Below are positions 47,079 through 58,924 of a stretch of DNA of 64,000 bases, in pieces (position 1 is the first letter of the stretch; every line of letters begins with the position of its first letter). Both the position numbers and the translations under genes were made by a program. The notes beneath the pieces are model-generated. The model did no database searches. It had not been told where the DNA came from and was given only the letters and a program-made list of their open reading frames with translations. The stretch comes from Eubacteriales bacterium (GTDB lineage: Bacteria; Bacillota; Clostridia; Oscillospirales; CAG-272). The stretch lies in NCBI GenBank assembly GCA_045635885.1, contig JAZTWO010000076.1, positions 81,842 through 145,841 of the forward strand, given 5' to 3'.

Positions 47079-48509
47079 ATGGAGAGGTATGTTTTGAATA
47101 CAAAATTTTTGCCTAAAGAAGATATTGAAAAACAATTAAATTATATAGCTCAAATAAAAGCAGAAAATGATATTTTCGTTCAAGAAAACGGATTTCGACG
47201 TGGTGCTTTTGTAATGACATTTGGATGCCAACAAAACGAAGCGGATAGCGAAAAAATAGCAGGTATGGCAGAAGCTATGGGATATGAAATTTTGTCATCT
47301 CCCGAAAAAGCTTATTTGATAGTTGTTAATACTTGTGCAATTCGTGAGCATGCTGAATTAAAGGCGCTTTCAACTATTGGGCAATATAAGCATATAAAAC
47401 AAAAAAATCCTGAGCTTGTAATTGCAGTGTGCGGTTGTATGGTTACACAGGAGCATAGAGTTAATGATATAAAATTTAAATATCCCTATGTTGATTTTGT
47501 CTTTTCAACTGCTGCCATTCATAAGCTGCCCCAATTGTTAAGTGAAAAAATCAAAAAGAATAAAAGAATATATTGTACAGACGATGAATATTGCGTGGCA
47601 GAGGGAATCCCTGTTCGACGTGAAAGCAACTATCGTGCTTGGGTTTCTATTATGTATGGATGCAATAACTTCTGTACATATTGCATTGTTCCATATGTAA
47701 GAGGAAGAGAAAGAAGCCGCAAAAAAGAAGATATTATTGCCGAAGTGAGAGCGCTTGTTCTTGAGGGATATAAGGATATAACTCTACTTGGTCAAAATGT
47801 TAACTCCTATGGAAAGGATTTGGGCGTTGACTATGATTTTGCAGATCTTCTTGAAGAGCTTGCAAATATTGAAGGTGATTTTCTTCTTCACTTTATGACA
47901 AGTCATCCCAAGGACGCAACCAAAAAGCTTGTTGATGTTATTGCAAATAACAAAAATATAGCAAAACAATTCCACTTGCCCTTGCAGTCAGGGAGTGATA
48001 AGGTGCTTAAAAGCATGAACCGTCATTATCAACTTGATAGATATTTGGACATAGTTGAATATATGAAAAATAAAATACCCGACATAGTTATTACCACTGA
48101 TATTATAGTGGGATTTCCGGGTGAAACCGAAGAAGATTTTGAAGGTACGCTTGAGGCATTGCGTAAGGTGAGATACGATATGATTTATTCATTCATTTAC
48201 TCACCACGAAATGGTACACCTGCCGCAAAAATGGAAAATCAAGTGCCTGCAGGTGTTCAATCAGAGCGTTTTTCAAGATTGCTTAATTTGCAAAATGAAA
48301 TTGCTTATGAAATTAATCAAAAGCATTTGGGACAAACTATTCGTGTTCTTTGCGATGGTCCAAGCAAAAACAATCCCGACGTTATGTGTGGCAGAACTGA
48401 GGGGAATAAGATAGTTTTGTTTGACGGTACACCTGATCAAACAGGTAAATATTTGAATATTAAAATAACAAAATGTGAAACTTTTGCCTTGATAGGCGAT
48501 ATTGTTTAA
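47079..48509 (+). CDS. miaB: tRNA-2-methylthio-N6-dimethylallyladenosine synthase
   Basis: UPF0004 N-terminal Cys triad (TFGCQQNEADSE...NTCAIRE...VCGC), radical SAM YGCNNFCTYCIVP, and a TRAM C-terminus. The start could alternatively be the TTG at 47094, which has a better GGAGAGG spacing. Confidence 0.9.
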   Translation: MERYVLNTKFLPKEDIEKQLNYIAQIKAENDIFVQENGFRRGAFVMTFGCQQNEADSEKIAGMAEAMGYEILSSPEKAYLIVVNTCAIREHAELKALSTIGQYKHIKQKNPELVIAVCGCMVTQEHRVNDIKFKYPYVDFVFSTAAIHKLPQLLSEKIKKNKRIYCTDDEYCVAEGIPVRRESNYRAWVSIMYGCNNFCTYCIVPYVRGRERSRKKEDIIAEVRALVLEGYKDITLLGQNVNSYGKDLGVDYDFADLLEELANIEGDFLLHFMTSHPKDATKKLVDVIANNKNIAKQFHLPLQSGSDKVLKSMNRHYQLDRYLDIVEYMKNKIPDIVITTDIIVGFPGETEEDFEGTLEALRKVRYDMIYSFIYSPRNGTPAAKMENQVPAGVQSERFSRLLNLQNEIAYEINQKHLGQTIRVLCDGPSKNNPDVMCGRTEGNKIVLFDGTPDQTGKYLNIKITKCETFALIGDIV

Positions 48510-48518
48510 GGAGATATT

Positions 48519-48911
48519 ATGGAAATTTTTGAACTTGCTAAACAGCTTGGTGAAGCTATTAAAAAAGACAAGAGACTTATTGAATTTGAAGAAGCTAAAA
48601 AAGATTATGAAAATGACGTTGAGCTTCAAAACGCTATTAAAGAATATGAAGTTCAGCAGCAGGCGCTTCAATGTGAAATGCTTAAAGAGGATAAAGATGG
48701 CGTAACTATTGATGCTATTAATGAAAGAATTAATGAGTTGTATGAAGCAATCGTTACAAACGCATCCTTCCTTCATTTGAATCAAATTCAGGTTGAAGTT
48801 AACGACCTTATGAACGAAGTTAACAATACAATCACTTGTGCAATTACAGGTGAAGACCCCAAATCCGCTTGCACGCATAACTGTGCAACATGTCACTCAC
48901 AGTGCCATTAA
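48519..48911 (+). CDS. ymcA: YmcA/YlbF-family (Ric complex-type) regulator with Cys/His-rich tail
   Basis: Helical YlbF/YmcA-like body (AKQLGEAIKKDKRLIEFEEAKKDYE...). The position between miaB and mutS is the same as B. subtilis ymcA. Confidence 0.75.
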   Translation: MEIFELAKQLGEAIKKDKRLIEFEEAKKDYENDVELQNAIKEYEVQQQALQCEMLKEDKDGVTIDAINERINELYEAIVTNASFLHLNQIQVEVNDLMNEVNNTITCAITGEDPKSACTHNCATCHSQCH

Positions 48912-48946
48912 TTTACTAAATATTTTCAGATAAGGAGAGCTTTTCC

Positions 48947-51532
48947 ATGACACCAATGATGGAGCAATACTTCGAAATAAAAAATAAATATAAGGACTTT
49001 TTGCTCTTTTACCGTCTTGGTGATTTCTATGAGATGTTCTTTGATGATGCAATTCTTGCATCTCGTGAGCTTGAATTAACTCTCACGGGCAGAGATTGCG
49101 GAGAAGAGGAACGTGCGCCAATGTGCGGTGTTCCTTACCATAGTTCAGAAACATACATAGGCAGACTTATAGAAAAGGGATACAAAGTGGCAATTTGCGA
49201 GCAAATGGAAGACCCAGCACTTGCAAAGGGACTTGTTCGCCGTGATGTAACAAGAATTGTTACTCCGGGTACTTTGATAGAGTCTAATTTACTTAACGAA
49301 AACAAAAATAATTATCTTTGTGCAATTAATTTTGAAGCAGAAGAAATAGGTGTTGCATTTGCTGATGTGTCAACAGGACAAGCATTTGCCACATCTTTTT
49401 CGGGCAAAGAGATGTATTCTAAACTCAATACCGAATTGTCAACATATATGCCAAGTGAAATTATCACTAATATTTTCCTTGACACAATTAATGACAAGGG
49501 TAAATTTATAAAAGAACGTGTTTCTTCTCTTGTTTCTGATAATCAGGCTTTTCGTTTTGATTATTATAGCGCATATGATATTCTTCGCACTTCATTTGAA
49601 AGTGAAAGAAGTGCATGGGATGGCAAAAAGGCAATAATTTGTGCAATTGGCGCACTTATGAATTATCTTGCAGAAATGCAAAAAACGGATAATACAAACA
49701 TAAAGGACCTTAGAATTTATACTACTGGTCAATTTATGGAAATTGATGTCAATTCAAGAAGAAACCTTGAGCTTTGTGAAACAATGCGCACTAAGGAAAA
49801 GAGGGGCTCGCTTTTGTGGGTTCTTGATAAAACCAAAACTGCTCCCGGCGCAAGACTTTTGCGTCAATGGGTAGAGCATCCTTTGTTAAAATCATCATTA
49901 ATTTTGAAAAGACAAAGTGCCGTTGAAGAGTTGTATAACGATTTTATTAAACGTCAGGAGCTTGAAAGCTTGTTAAATAACGTTCTCGATTTGGAAAGAC
50001 TTTTAACTAAAATTGTTTATGGAACAGCAAACGGAAAGGATCTTAGGGCGGTTTGTAATACAATATCCGTATTCCCTGAAATTAAGACTTTGATTTCTGA
50101 CTGTGAAAGTGAAGAGCTTAAAAAGGTTTATGCTAATTTCGATACACTCTCAGATATATACAATCTAATACAAAAATCCATTCGAGAGGATGCACCTTTC
50201 TCTGTAAGAGATGGTGGTATAATTCTTGAGGGATATAGCCAAGAAGTTGATAATCTTCGCTCTGTAATGACTGATGGACATCTTTGGATTGAAAACATTG
50301 CGCAGACCGAAAGAGAAGCAACGGGTATAAAAACCCTTAAAATTAATTACAACAAGGTTTTTGGATATTATATTGAAGTAACAAAATCTTTGATAAATCT
50401 TGTTCCTGACAGATATATTAGAAAACAAACCTTGTCAAACTGCGAAAGATATATAACGCAAGAACTTAAGGATGTTGAATCAACAATTCTTGGTGCTGCA
50501 GATAAGGTTTGCGCACTTGAATATAATCTTTTCCAAGATATAAGACAAAAAATCGCCGAAGAAAGCGAAAGAATAAGAAAAACTGCAACCCTTGTAGCTA
50601 CTATCGACGTGTATAATAGTCTTGCGAGCGTGGCTGCAAAAAATAACTTTATTAAACCTGAAATTGATGATAGCAATGTTATTGATATAAAGGATGGCAG
50701 ACATCCCGTTGTTGAACAATTTGTAAAGGATACATATTTTGTACCCAACGACGTTTATCTTGACACTGAAGCTAATCGACTTATGTTAATAACCGGTCCT
50801 AATATGGCGGGTAAATCAACGTATATGAGACAGGTTGCTTTGATTGTTGTTATGGCTCAAATAGGTTCATTTGTTCCTGCATCAGATGCAAGAATTGGTA
50901 TTGTTGATAAAGTGTTTACCCGTGTTGGAGCTTCTGATGATTTGGCATCGGGTCAATCAACATTTATGCTTGAAATGAATGAGGTTGCATACATTCTTCG
51001 CAATGCAACAAATAAGAGTTTAATTATTTATGACGAAGTTGGTAGAGGTACATCAACATTTGATGGTATGAGTATTGCAAGAGCAATAATTGAATATACC
51101 AATGGTAAAAAAATTGGTGCAAAGACACTTTTTGCAACGCATTATCACGAATTAACTTCAATGGAAGATGAATTTGTTGGTATTGTAAACTATAACATAG
51201 CCGCTAAAAAGCGAGGGGATGACATCATTTTCTTGCGCAAAATCATTAGAGGATCTACTGATGATAGCTATGGTATTGAGGTTGCAAAGCTTGCGGGATT
51301 GCCCAATGAGGTTATTAAACGTGCAAAAGAAATCCTTGCAACCGTTGAAAAAACTTCTCGTACATTAACAACGTCAAATTCTAATATTGTAGAAGAAAAA
51401 GAATCTTTGATAACTTTTGAGGAAATTACTGAAAAATCTGTTATTGAAGATATACGCAAAGCAGATGTCAATACAATGACACCTGTTGAAGCAATGAATT
51501 TATTGTTTGAGTTGAGTAATCGACTTAAATGA
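48947..51532 (+). CDS. mutS: DNA mismatch repair protein MutS
   Basis: TPMMEQYFEIK start, GDFYEMFFDDA mismatch-binding motif, Walker A GPNMAGKST. 861 aa. Confidence 0.97.
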   Translation: MTPMMEQYFEIKNKYKDFLLFYRLGDFYEMFFDDAILASRELELTLTGRDCGEEERAPMCGVPYHSSETYIGRLIEKGYKVAICEQMEDPALAKGLVRRDVTRIVTPGTLIESNLLNENKNNYLCAINFEAEEIGVAFADVSTGQAFATSFSGKEMYSKLNTELSTYMPSEIITNIFLDTINDKGKFIKERVSSLVSDNQAFRFDYYSAYDILRTSFESERSAWDGKKAIICAIGALMNYLAEMQKTDNTNIKDLRIYTTGQFMEIDVNSRRNLELCETMRTKEKRGSLLWVLDKTKTAPGARLLRQWVEHPLLKSSLILKRQSAVEELYNDFIKRQELESLLNNVLDLERLLTKIVYGTANGKDLRAVCNTISVFPEIKTLISDCESEELKKVYANFDTLSDIYNLIQKSIREDAPFSVRDGGIILEGYSQEVDNLRSVMTDGHLWIENIAQTEREATGIKTLKINYNKVFGYYIEVTKSLINLVPDRYIRKQTLSNCERYITQELKDVESTILGAADKVCALEYNLFQDIRQKIAEESERIRKTATLVATIDVYNSLASVAAKNNFIKPEIDDSNVIDIKDGRHPVVEQFVKDTYFVPNDVYLDTEANRLMLITGPNMAGKSTYMRQVALIVVMAQIGSFVPASDARIGIVDKVFTRVGASDDLASGQSTFMLEMNEVAYILRNATNKSLIIYDEVGRGTSTFDGMSIARAIIEYTNGKKIGAKTLFATHYHELTSMEDEFVGIVNYNIAAKKRGDDIIFLRKIIRGSTDDSYGIEVAKLAGLPNEVIKRAKEILATVEKTSRTLTTSNSNIVEEKESLITFEEITEKSVIEDIRKADVNTMTPVEAMNLLFELSNRLK

Positions 51533-51540
51533 GGAAAGGA

Positions 51541-54746
<3,206 letters not shown>

Positions 54747-54824
54747 ATAAAAAATTAAATTTGATATTGAATTATTATAAGTTTTGTAGTATAATTCTTA
54801 AGTGTTTGAAAGGAGGAGTTATTT

Positions 54825-55655
54825 ATGAAAGTTAAATATCAAATATTTTGTAAATCATTCTTCCTCTCATTTATTATTTTTGCAGTTATTGCGGGAATTG
54901 TTCTTACAAGCTTTTATGTTAAGGTTAATAAAATTGACCCTGTAAACAACGAATCAAATATAATGTTGGGAGTTGTTGATAATGACAAAATTGTTTCATT
55001 AAGTGTCATTAACTTAAATCCTGCTGAAAAAACAATCAAATTTTTGCCAATTCCCGATAAAACTTTGCTCTATAATAACGATAACGTTCTTTTGCAAGAT
55101 TTGTATAACAAAAATAATACACAAAATTTGCAAAACGTTGTTGAAAAACTTATTGGAGCTAAAATAGATAGATATTTGTTCATTTCTGTTGATGGTGTTG
55201 CAAACTTAACAAATCAAATGCTTGCAAAAGATAATACTCAACTTTTATGTCAGATTCTTTACAAATTTAGCTATAATGGAGCAGAATATTCAAGCTATTG
55301 TACTATAGATAGCGGAGAAGTTGCAAAAGCAATGTTTTTATCAAGCTCTTATAGTTCAAGCGAAAACGTTTCATTTGCAGATGTGGGTATTAAATTTGTG
55401 CAGTCATTATTTAGTGCCTATGCAAAACCATCTTCTGCAGAAAAATTGGCTAATGTATTAAATTCAACGGAACTTAAAAACCATATCAATACAAATCTTA
55501 ATAAAAAAGAAATTAATGCATATGGTGATTTGTTGTCTAAATGTGATAAATACTCTTTAACCGTGATAAATATAAGCGGTAAGAATATTTCAACATCTTC
55601 AAGCTCATATTTCGTTCCGGATAATATCAATTCTGATAAAAATATTTTTAAATAA
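54825..55655 (+). CDS. Membrane-anchored protein with degenerate LytR-CpsA-Psr (LCP)-like fold
   Basis: An N-terminal TM helix is followed by sequence collinear with LCP domains (IMLGVVDNDKIVSLSVINLNP...IKFLPIPDKT...LIGAKIDRYLFISVDGVANL). The conserved Arg residues of the RSD and PRD motifs are missing. Confidence 0.4.
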   Translation: MKVKYQIFCKSFFLSFIIFAVIAGIVLTSFYVKVNKIDPVNNESNIMLGVVDNDKIVSLSVINLNPAEKTIKFLPIPDKTLLYNNDNVLLQDLYNKNNTQNLQNVVEKLIGAKIDRYLFISVDGVANLTNQMLAKDNTQLLCQILYKFSYNGAEYSSYCTIDSGEVAKAMFLSSSYSSSENVSFADVGIKFVQSLFSAYAKPSSAEKLANVLNSTELKNHINTNLNKKEINAYGDLLSKCDKYSLTVINISGKNISTSSSSYFVPDNINSDKNIFK

Positions 55656-55710
55656 ATATCAAATTATATCTTTTATGGCAAACCAGCCATAAGGAAGAAA
55701 GGTGATTAAA

Positions 55711-57114
55711 ATGATTAACACAGAAAAAACAATGGACAAAGTAGTTGCTTTGTGCAAAAACCGTGGTTTTATTTTCCCCGGTTCAGAAATTTATGGAGGT
55801 CTTGCCAACACTTGGGACTACGGCCCCCTTGGCGTAGAGCTTAAGAACAACATTAAGCGTGCTTGGTGGAAGAAGTTTGTTCAAGAAAACAAGTACAACG
55901 TTGGACTTGATGCGGCGATTCTTATGAATCCTCAAACTTGGGTTGCTTCAGGTCACCTTGCAGGATTCTCAGATCCTATGATGGACTGTCGTGAGTGCCA
56001 CGAAAGATTCCGTGCAGACAAGCTTATTGAAGACTGGTGTGAAGAAACTAGCTACACACTTGAAAAGCCCATTGATGCTTTCTCACAAACAGAGCTCAAG
56101 AATTTTGTTGAAGAACACAACATTCCTTGTCCCACATGTAAAAAACACAATTTCACAGACATTCGTCAGTTCAACCTTATGTTTAAGACATTCCAGGGCG
56201 TAACTGAGGATTCCAAGAACACAGTTTACCTTCGTCCTGAAACTGCACAGGGTATCTTTACAAACTTTGTAAATGTACAAAGAACCACTCGTAAGAAATT
56301 GCCCTTCGGTATTGGTCAGATTGGTAAATCCTTTAGAAATGAAATTACACCCGGTAACTTCATTTTCCGTGTAAGAGAATTTGAACAGATGGAGCTTGAA
56401 TTCTTCTGCAAGCCCGGAACTGACCTTGAATGGTTTGCATATTGGAGAAACTTCTGTCATCAGTGTTTGCTTGATATTGGTCTTAAGGTTGAAAACCTTC
56501 GTCTTCGTGGCCACGATCCCCAAGAGCCTTGCTTCTATTCAAAGGCAACAACTGACTTCGAATTCTTGTTCCCATTCGGTTGGGGTGAGCTTTGGGGCGT
56601 AGCAGATAGAACGGACTATGACCTTACTCAGCACCAGAATGAGTCAAGAAAGGATCTTACTTACTTTGATCCAGAAACAAATGAAAGATATGTTCCTTAC
56701 GTTATCGAGCCATCTCTTGGTGTTGAAAGAAGCGTGCTTGCGGTTCTTTGCGATGCCTATGATGAAGAAGTTATCGATGCAGAAAAGAACGACGTAAGAA
56801 CAGTTCTTCGTGTTCATCCTGCACTTGCTCCCGTAAAGGCGGCAATTCTTCCTCTTTCAAAGAAGCTTTCCGATAAGGCGGATGAGATTTACTGCGAGCT
56901 TTCAAAGTATTTCAACGTTGAATTTGATGAAACAGGCTCAATCGGTAAGAGATACAGACGTCAGGACGAAATCGGTACACCCTTGTGTATCACATACGAC
57001 TTCGACTCCGAAACAGACGGTTGCGTAACTATCCGTGATAGAGATACAATGGAACAGATTAGACTTCCTATTGCAGAACTTAAATCTTATATCGAAAAGA
57101 AAATTGAATTCTAA
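55711..57114 (+). CDS. glyQS: Glycine--tRNA ligase (homodimeric GlyQS type)
   Basis: [49 protein letters not shown] (motif 2) and [12 protein letters not shown] at 55711 after AAGGAAGAAAGG. Confidence 0.96.
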   Translation: MINTEKTMDKVVALCKNRGFIFPGSEIYGGLANTWDYGPLGVELKNNIKRAWWKKFVQENKYNVGLDAAILMNPQTWVASGHLAGFSDPMMDCRECHERFRADKLIEDWCEETSYTLEKPIDAFSQTELKNFVEEHNIPCPTCKKHNFTDIRQFNLMFKTFQGVTEDSKNTVYLRPETAQGIFTNFVNVQRTTRKKLPFGIGQIGKSFRNEITPGNFIFRVREFEQMELEFFCKPGTDLEWFAYWRNFCHQCLLDIGLKVENLRLRGHDPQEPCFYSKATTDFEFLFPFGWGELWGVADRTDYDLTQHQNESRKDLTYFDPETNERYVPYVIEPSLGVERSVLAVLCDAYDEEVIDAEKNDVRTVLRVHPALAPVKAAILPLSKKLSDKADEIYCELSKYFNVEFDETGSIGKRYRRQDEIGTPLCITYDFDSETDGCVTIRDRDTMEQIRLPIAELKSYIEKKIEF

Positions 57115-57116
57115 AT

Positions 57117-57157
57117 AAAAAAAACAACCTGCAAGATTTCTTGCAGGTTATTTTTTA
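57117..57157. terminator. Bidirectional intrinsic terminator (glyQS / rnhA)
   Basis: An A-run, then the AACCTGCAAG / CTTGCAGGTT 10-bp stem, then a T-run. Confidence 0.87.
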
Positions 57158-57598
57158 TCAATCATTAAATGAATCCGCAAAGTCGGTTGCGAGCTTATCG
57201 CATCTTTCGTTATAGGCGTGGCCTGCGTGACCTTTTACCCACACGAAAGTTATTTCGTGCTTATCTATGAGTTTAAGTAATTCTTCCCACAAATCAGGAT
57301 TGAGGGCAGGGGATTTGTCCGCTTTTCTCCAACCTTTTTCTTTCCAAGAATAAACCCATTTTTTCTCAATAGCATCAATCATATACTTTGAGTCGGAATA
57401 GAGTGTCACTTCGCATTTTTCTTTGAGGGCAGAAAGGGCTTTTATTGCGGCGGTAAGCTCCATTCTGTTATTGGTGGTTGAAGGTTCACCGCCCGAAAGC
57501 TCTTTTTCGATTTTTCCGTAAACTAAAATTGCACCCCAACCGCCTTTGCCGGGATTTCCACGGCAAGCGCCGTCAGTATATATATCAACGTGTTTCAT
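57158..57598 (-). CDS. rnhA: Ribonuclease HI
   Basis: [27 protein letters not shown] and [17 protein letters not shown] carry the DEDD catalytic residues. Confidence 0.92.
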   Translation of the reverse strand: MKHVDIYTDGACRGNPGKGGWGAILVYGKIEKELSGGEPSTTNNRMELTAAIKALSALKEKCEVTLYSDSKYMIDAIEKKWVYSWKEKGWRKADKSPALNPDLWEELLKLIDKHEITFVWVKGHAGHAYNERCDKLATDFADSFND

Positions 57599-57674
57599 AA
57601 AATTCTCCTAAAGCTTTTATATTATTATATTAACATAATTATAAAATAAAGTCAATAATTTTTCTTTCATATTG

Positions 57675-57703
57675 TTGACATTAATAATTATTTGAGGTAA
57701 AAT
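57675..57703 (+). promoter_or_regulatory. Sigma-A promoter upstream of the COG0523 pair
   Basis: TTGACA (57675-57680), a 17-nt spacer containing the palindrome AATAATTATT, then TAAAAT (57698-57703). Confidence 0.55.
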
Positions 57704-57743
57704 ATAAAGTGGTTAAATATTTTCAAAAAAGGAGAAAACAAAA

Positions 57744-58916
57744 ATGAAAATTGATATATATTCCGGCTTTTTGGGAGCAGGTAAAACAACTCTTATTAAA
57801 AAGATGATTTCCGAGGGATACAAAAACGAAAAGCTTATGCTTATCGAAAACGAATTCGGTCAAATTGGTATTGACGGTGGATTTTTGAAGGAATCTGGCA
57901 TTAATATTACCGAGATGAATTCGGGTTGCATTTGTTGTAGCCTTGTGGGTGACTTCTCAGAGGCGCTTAAACAAGCTATAAGCACTTATAACCCCGACCG
58001 CATTATAATTGAACCCTCGGGCGTTGGAAAGCTTTCTGACGTAATTAAAGCCACCGAGAGTGTGCTTAATGAAAACGTTGTTCTTAATGGACTTACAACT
58101 GTTGCCGACGTTAATAAGTGCAAAATGTATATGAAGAACTTTGGTGAATTCTTCAATAACCAAATTGAAGAAGCAAAGTGCATTGTTTTGAGTCACACAT
58201 CAGGTGCAAACGAACATAAAATTGCCGAATGTGTTGCGCTTTTGAGAGAAAAGAATTCTCACGCAACAATTATTACAACCGATTGGGACAAGCTCACAGG
58301 TGAGCAGATTTTGACAGCTATTGAGAACAGCAATTCTCTTGAAAATGAGCTTGAGGATATGAAGCACGAGCATCACCATCACCATCACCATCACCATCAC
58401 GACCACGATGAGCATTGCGATTGCCACGAGCATCATCACCACCATGAACATGATGAGCATTGTGATTGTCACGAGCATCATCACCACCATGAACATGATG
58501 AGCATTGTGATTGTCACGAGCATCATCACCACCACAAACACGATGAGCACTGTGATTGCCACGAACATCATCACCACCATGAACATGATGAGCATTGTGA
58601 TTGCCACGAACATCACCATCACCACCATCATCATCACCATGCAGATGATGTGTTTGATTCTTGGGGAATTGAAACTGCTAAAAAGTATAGCATAGATGAA
58701 ATAAATAATGCTCTTAAATCATTTGAAAATGAAGAACTCGGAGTTGTATTAAGAGCCAAGGGCATTGTTGACTCGGTTGATGGAGAATGGATGTATTTCG
58801 ATTATATTCCGGGTAGCGTTGATATCCGTCGCGGAAATGCTGATGTTATTGGTAAACTCTGCGTTATTGGATCAAACATAAACAAAGATAAAATCAAAGA
58901 ACTTTTTAAAGTGTAG
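57744..58916 (+). CDS. COG0523 (CobW/ZigA/YciC-type) G3E GTPase metallochaperone with His/Cys-rich insert
   Basis: Walker A GFLGAGKTTL, metal motif GCICCS, EPSGVG Walker B, a CobW_C-like C-terminus (VLRAKGIV...), and an insert of about 95 aa that is mostly His. Confidence 0.9.
   Translation: MKIDIYSGFLGAGKTTLIKKMISEGYKNEKLMLIENEFGQIGIDGGFLKESGINITEMNSGCICCSLVGDFSEALKQAISTYNPDRIIIEPSGVGKLSDVIKATESVLNENVVLNGLTTVADVNKCKMYMKNFGEFFNNQIEEAKCIVLSHTSGANEHKIAECVALLREKNSHATIITTDWDKLTGEQILTAIENSNSLENELEDMKHEHHHHHHHHHHDHDEHCDCHEHHHHHEHDEHCDCHEHHHHHEHDEHCDCHEHHHHHKHDEHCDCHEHHHHHEHDEHCDCHEHHHHHHHHHHADDVFDSWGIETAKKYSIDEINNALKSFENEELGVVLRAKGIVDSVDGEWMYFDYIPGSVDIRRGNADVIGKLCVIGSNINKDKIKELFKV
58404..58628 (+). 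repeat. Five in-frame tandem 45-bp repeats encoding HDEHCDCHEHHHHH(E/K)
   Basis: Units at 58404, 58449, 58494, 58539 and 58584. Units 2 and 3 are identical for about 41 nt. Most other differences are synonymous third-position changes. Poly-His runs flank the array. Confidence 0.92.
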
Positions 58917-58924
58917 GAGATAAA

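Noticed and set aside
47053-47080. ATATATTATGTA stretch resembling the XerD arm and central region of Firmicute dif sites.
   Set aside because: The would-be XerC arm does not match, and only about 8 of 11 XerD-arm positions fit. The sequence is better explained as the miaB -10 region and leader.
48273-48896. 207-aa ORF on the minus strand spanning the end of miaB and all of ymcA.
   Set aside because: It is antisense to two genes with strong family signatures. The product is low-complexity (F/N/I/L-rich), as expected from reading AT-rich coding DNA backwards, and no RBS is present.
55656-55710. Looked for T-box leaders upstream of glyQS, and upstream of argS at 5867-5899.
   Set aside because: The gaps are only 55 and 33 nt, which is far too short for a T-box riboswitch. 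No specifier/antiterminator structure is possible.
57599-57743. Searched for a Zur/Fur-family operator upstream of the COG0523 genes.
   Set aside because: The only elements are an AT-only 10-bp palindrome AATAATTATT (57683-57692) in the promoter spacer and a loose TCAATAAT-N11-ATTGTTGA repeat. Neither matches the TCGTAAT-N-ATTACGA-type Zur box I know, so no call is made.
58404-58628. Regular 45-bp repeat array, considered as a CRISPR array or non-coding minisatellite.
   Set aside because: The repeats are contiguous with no spacers, in frame, and inside a COG0523 gene, and their variation is synonymous. This is a coding repeat.
58200-58640. 146-aa minus-strand ORF (MVMMMVVMV...) and the plus-strand alternative frame at 58408-58695.
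   Set aside because: These are artefacts of the CAT/CAC-rich His-codon repeat read in other frames.
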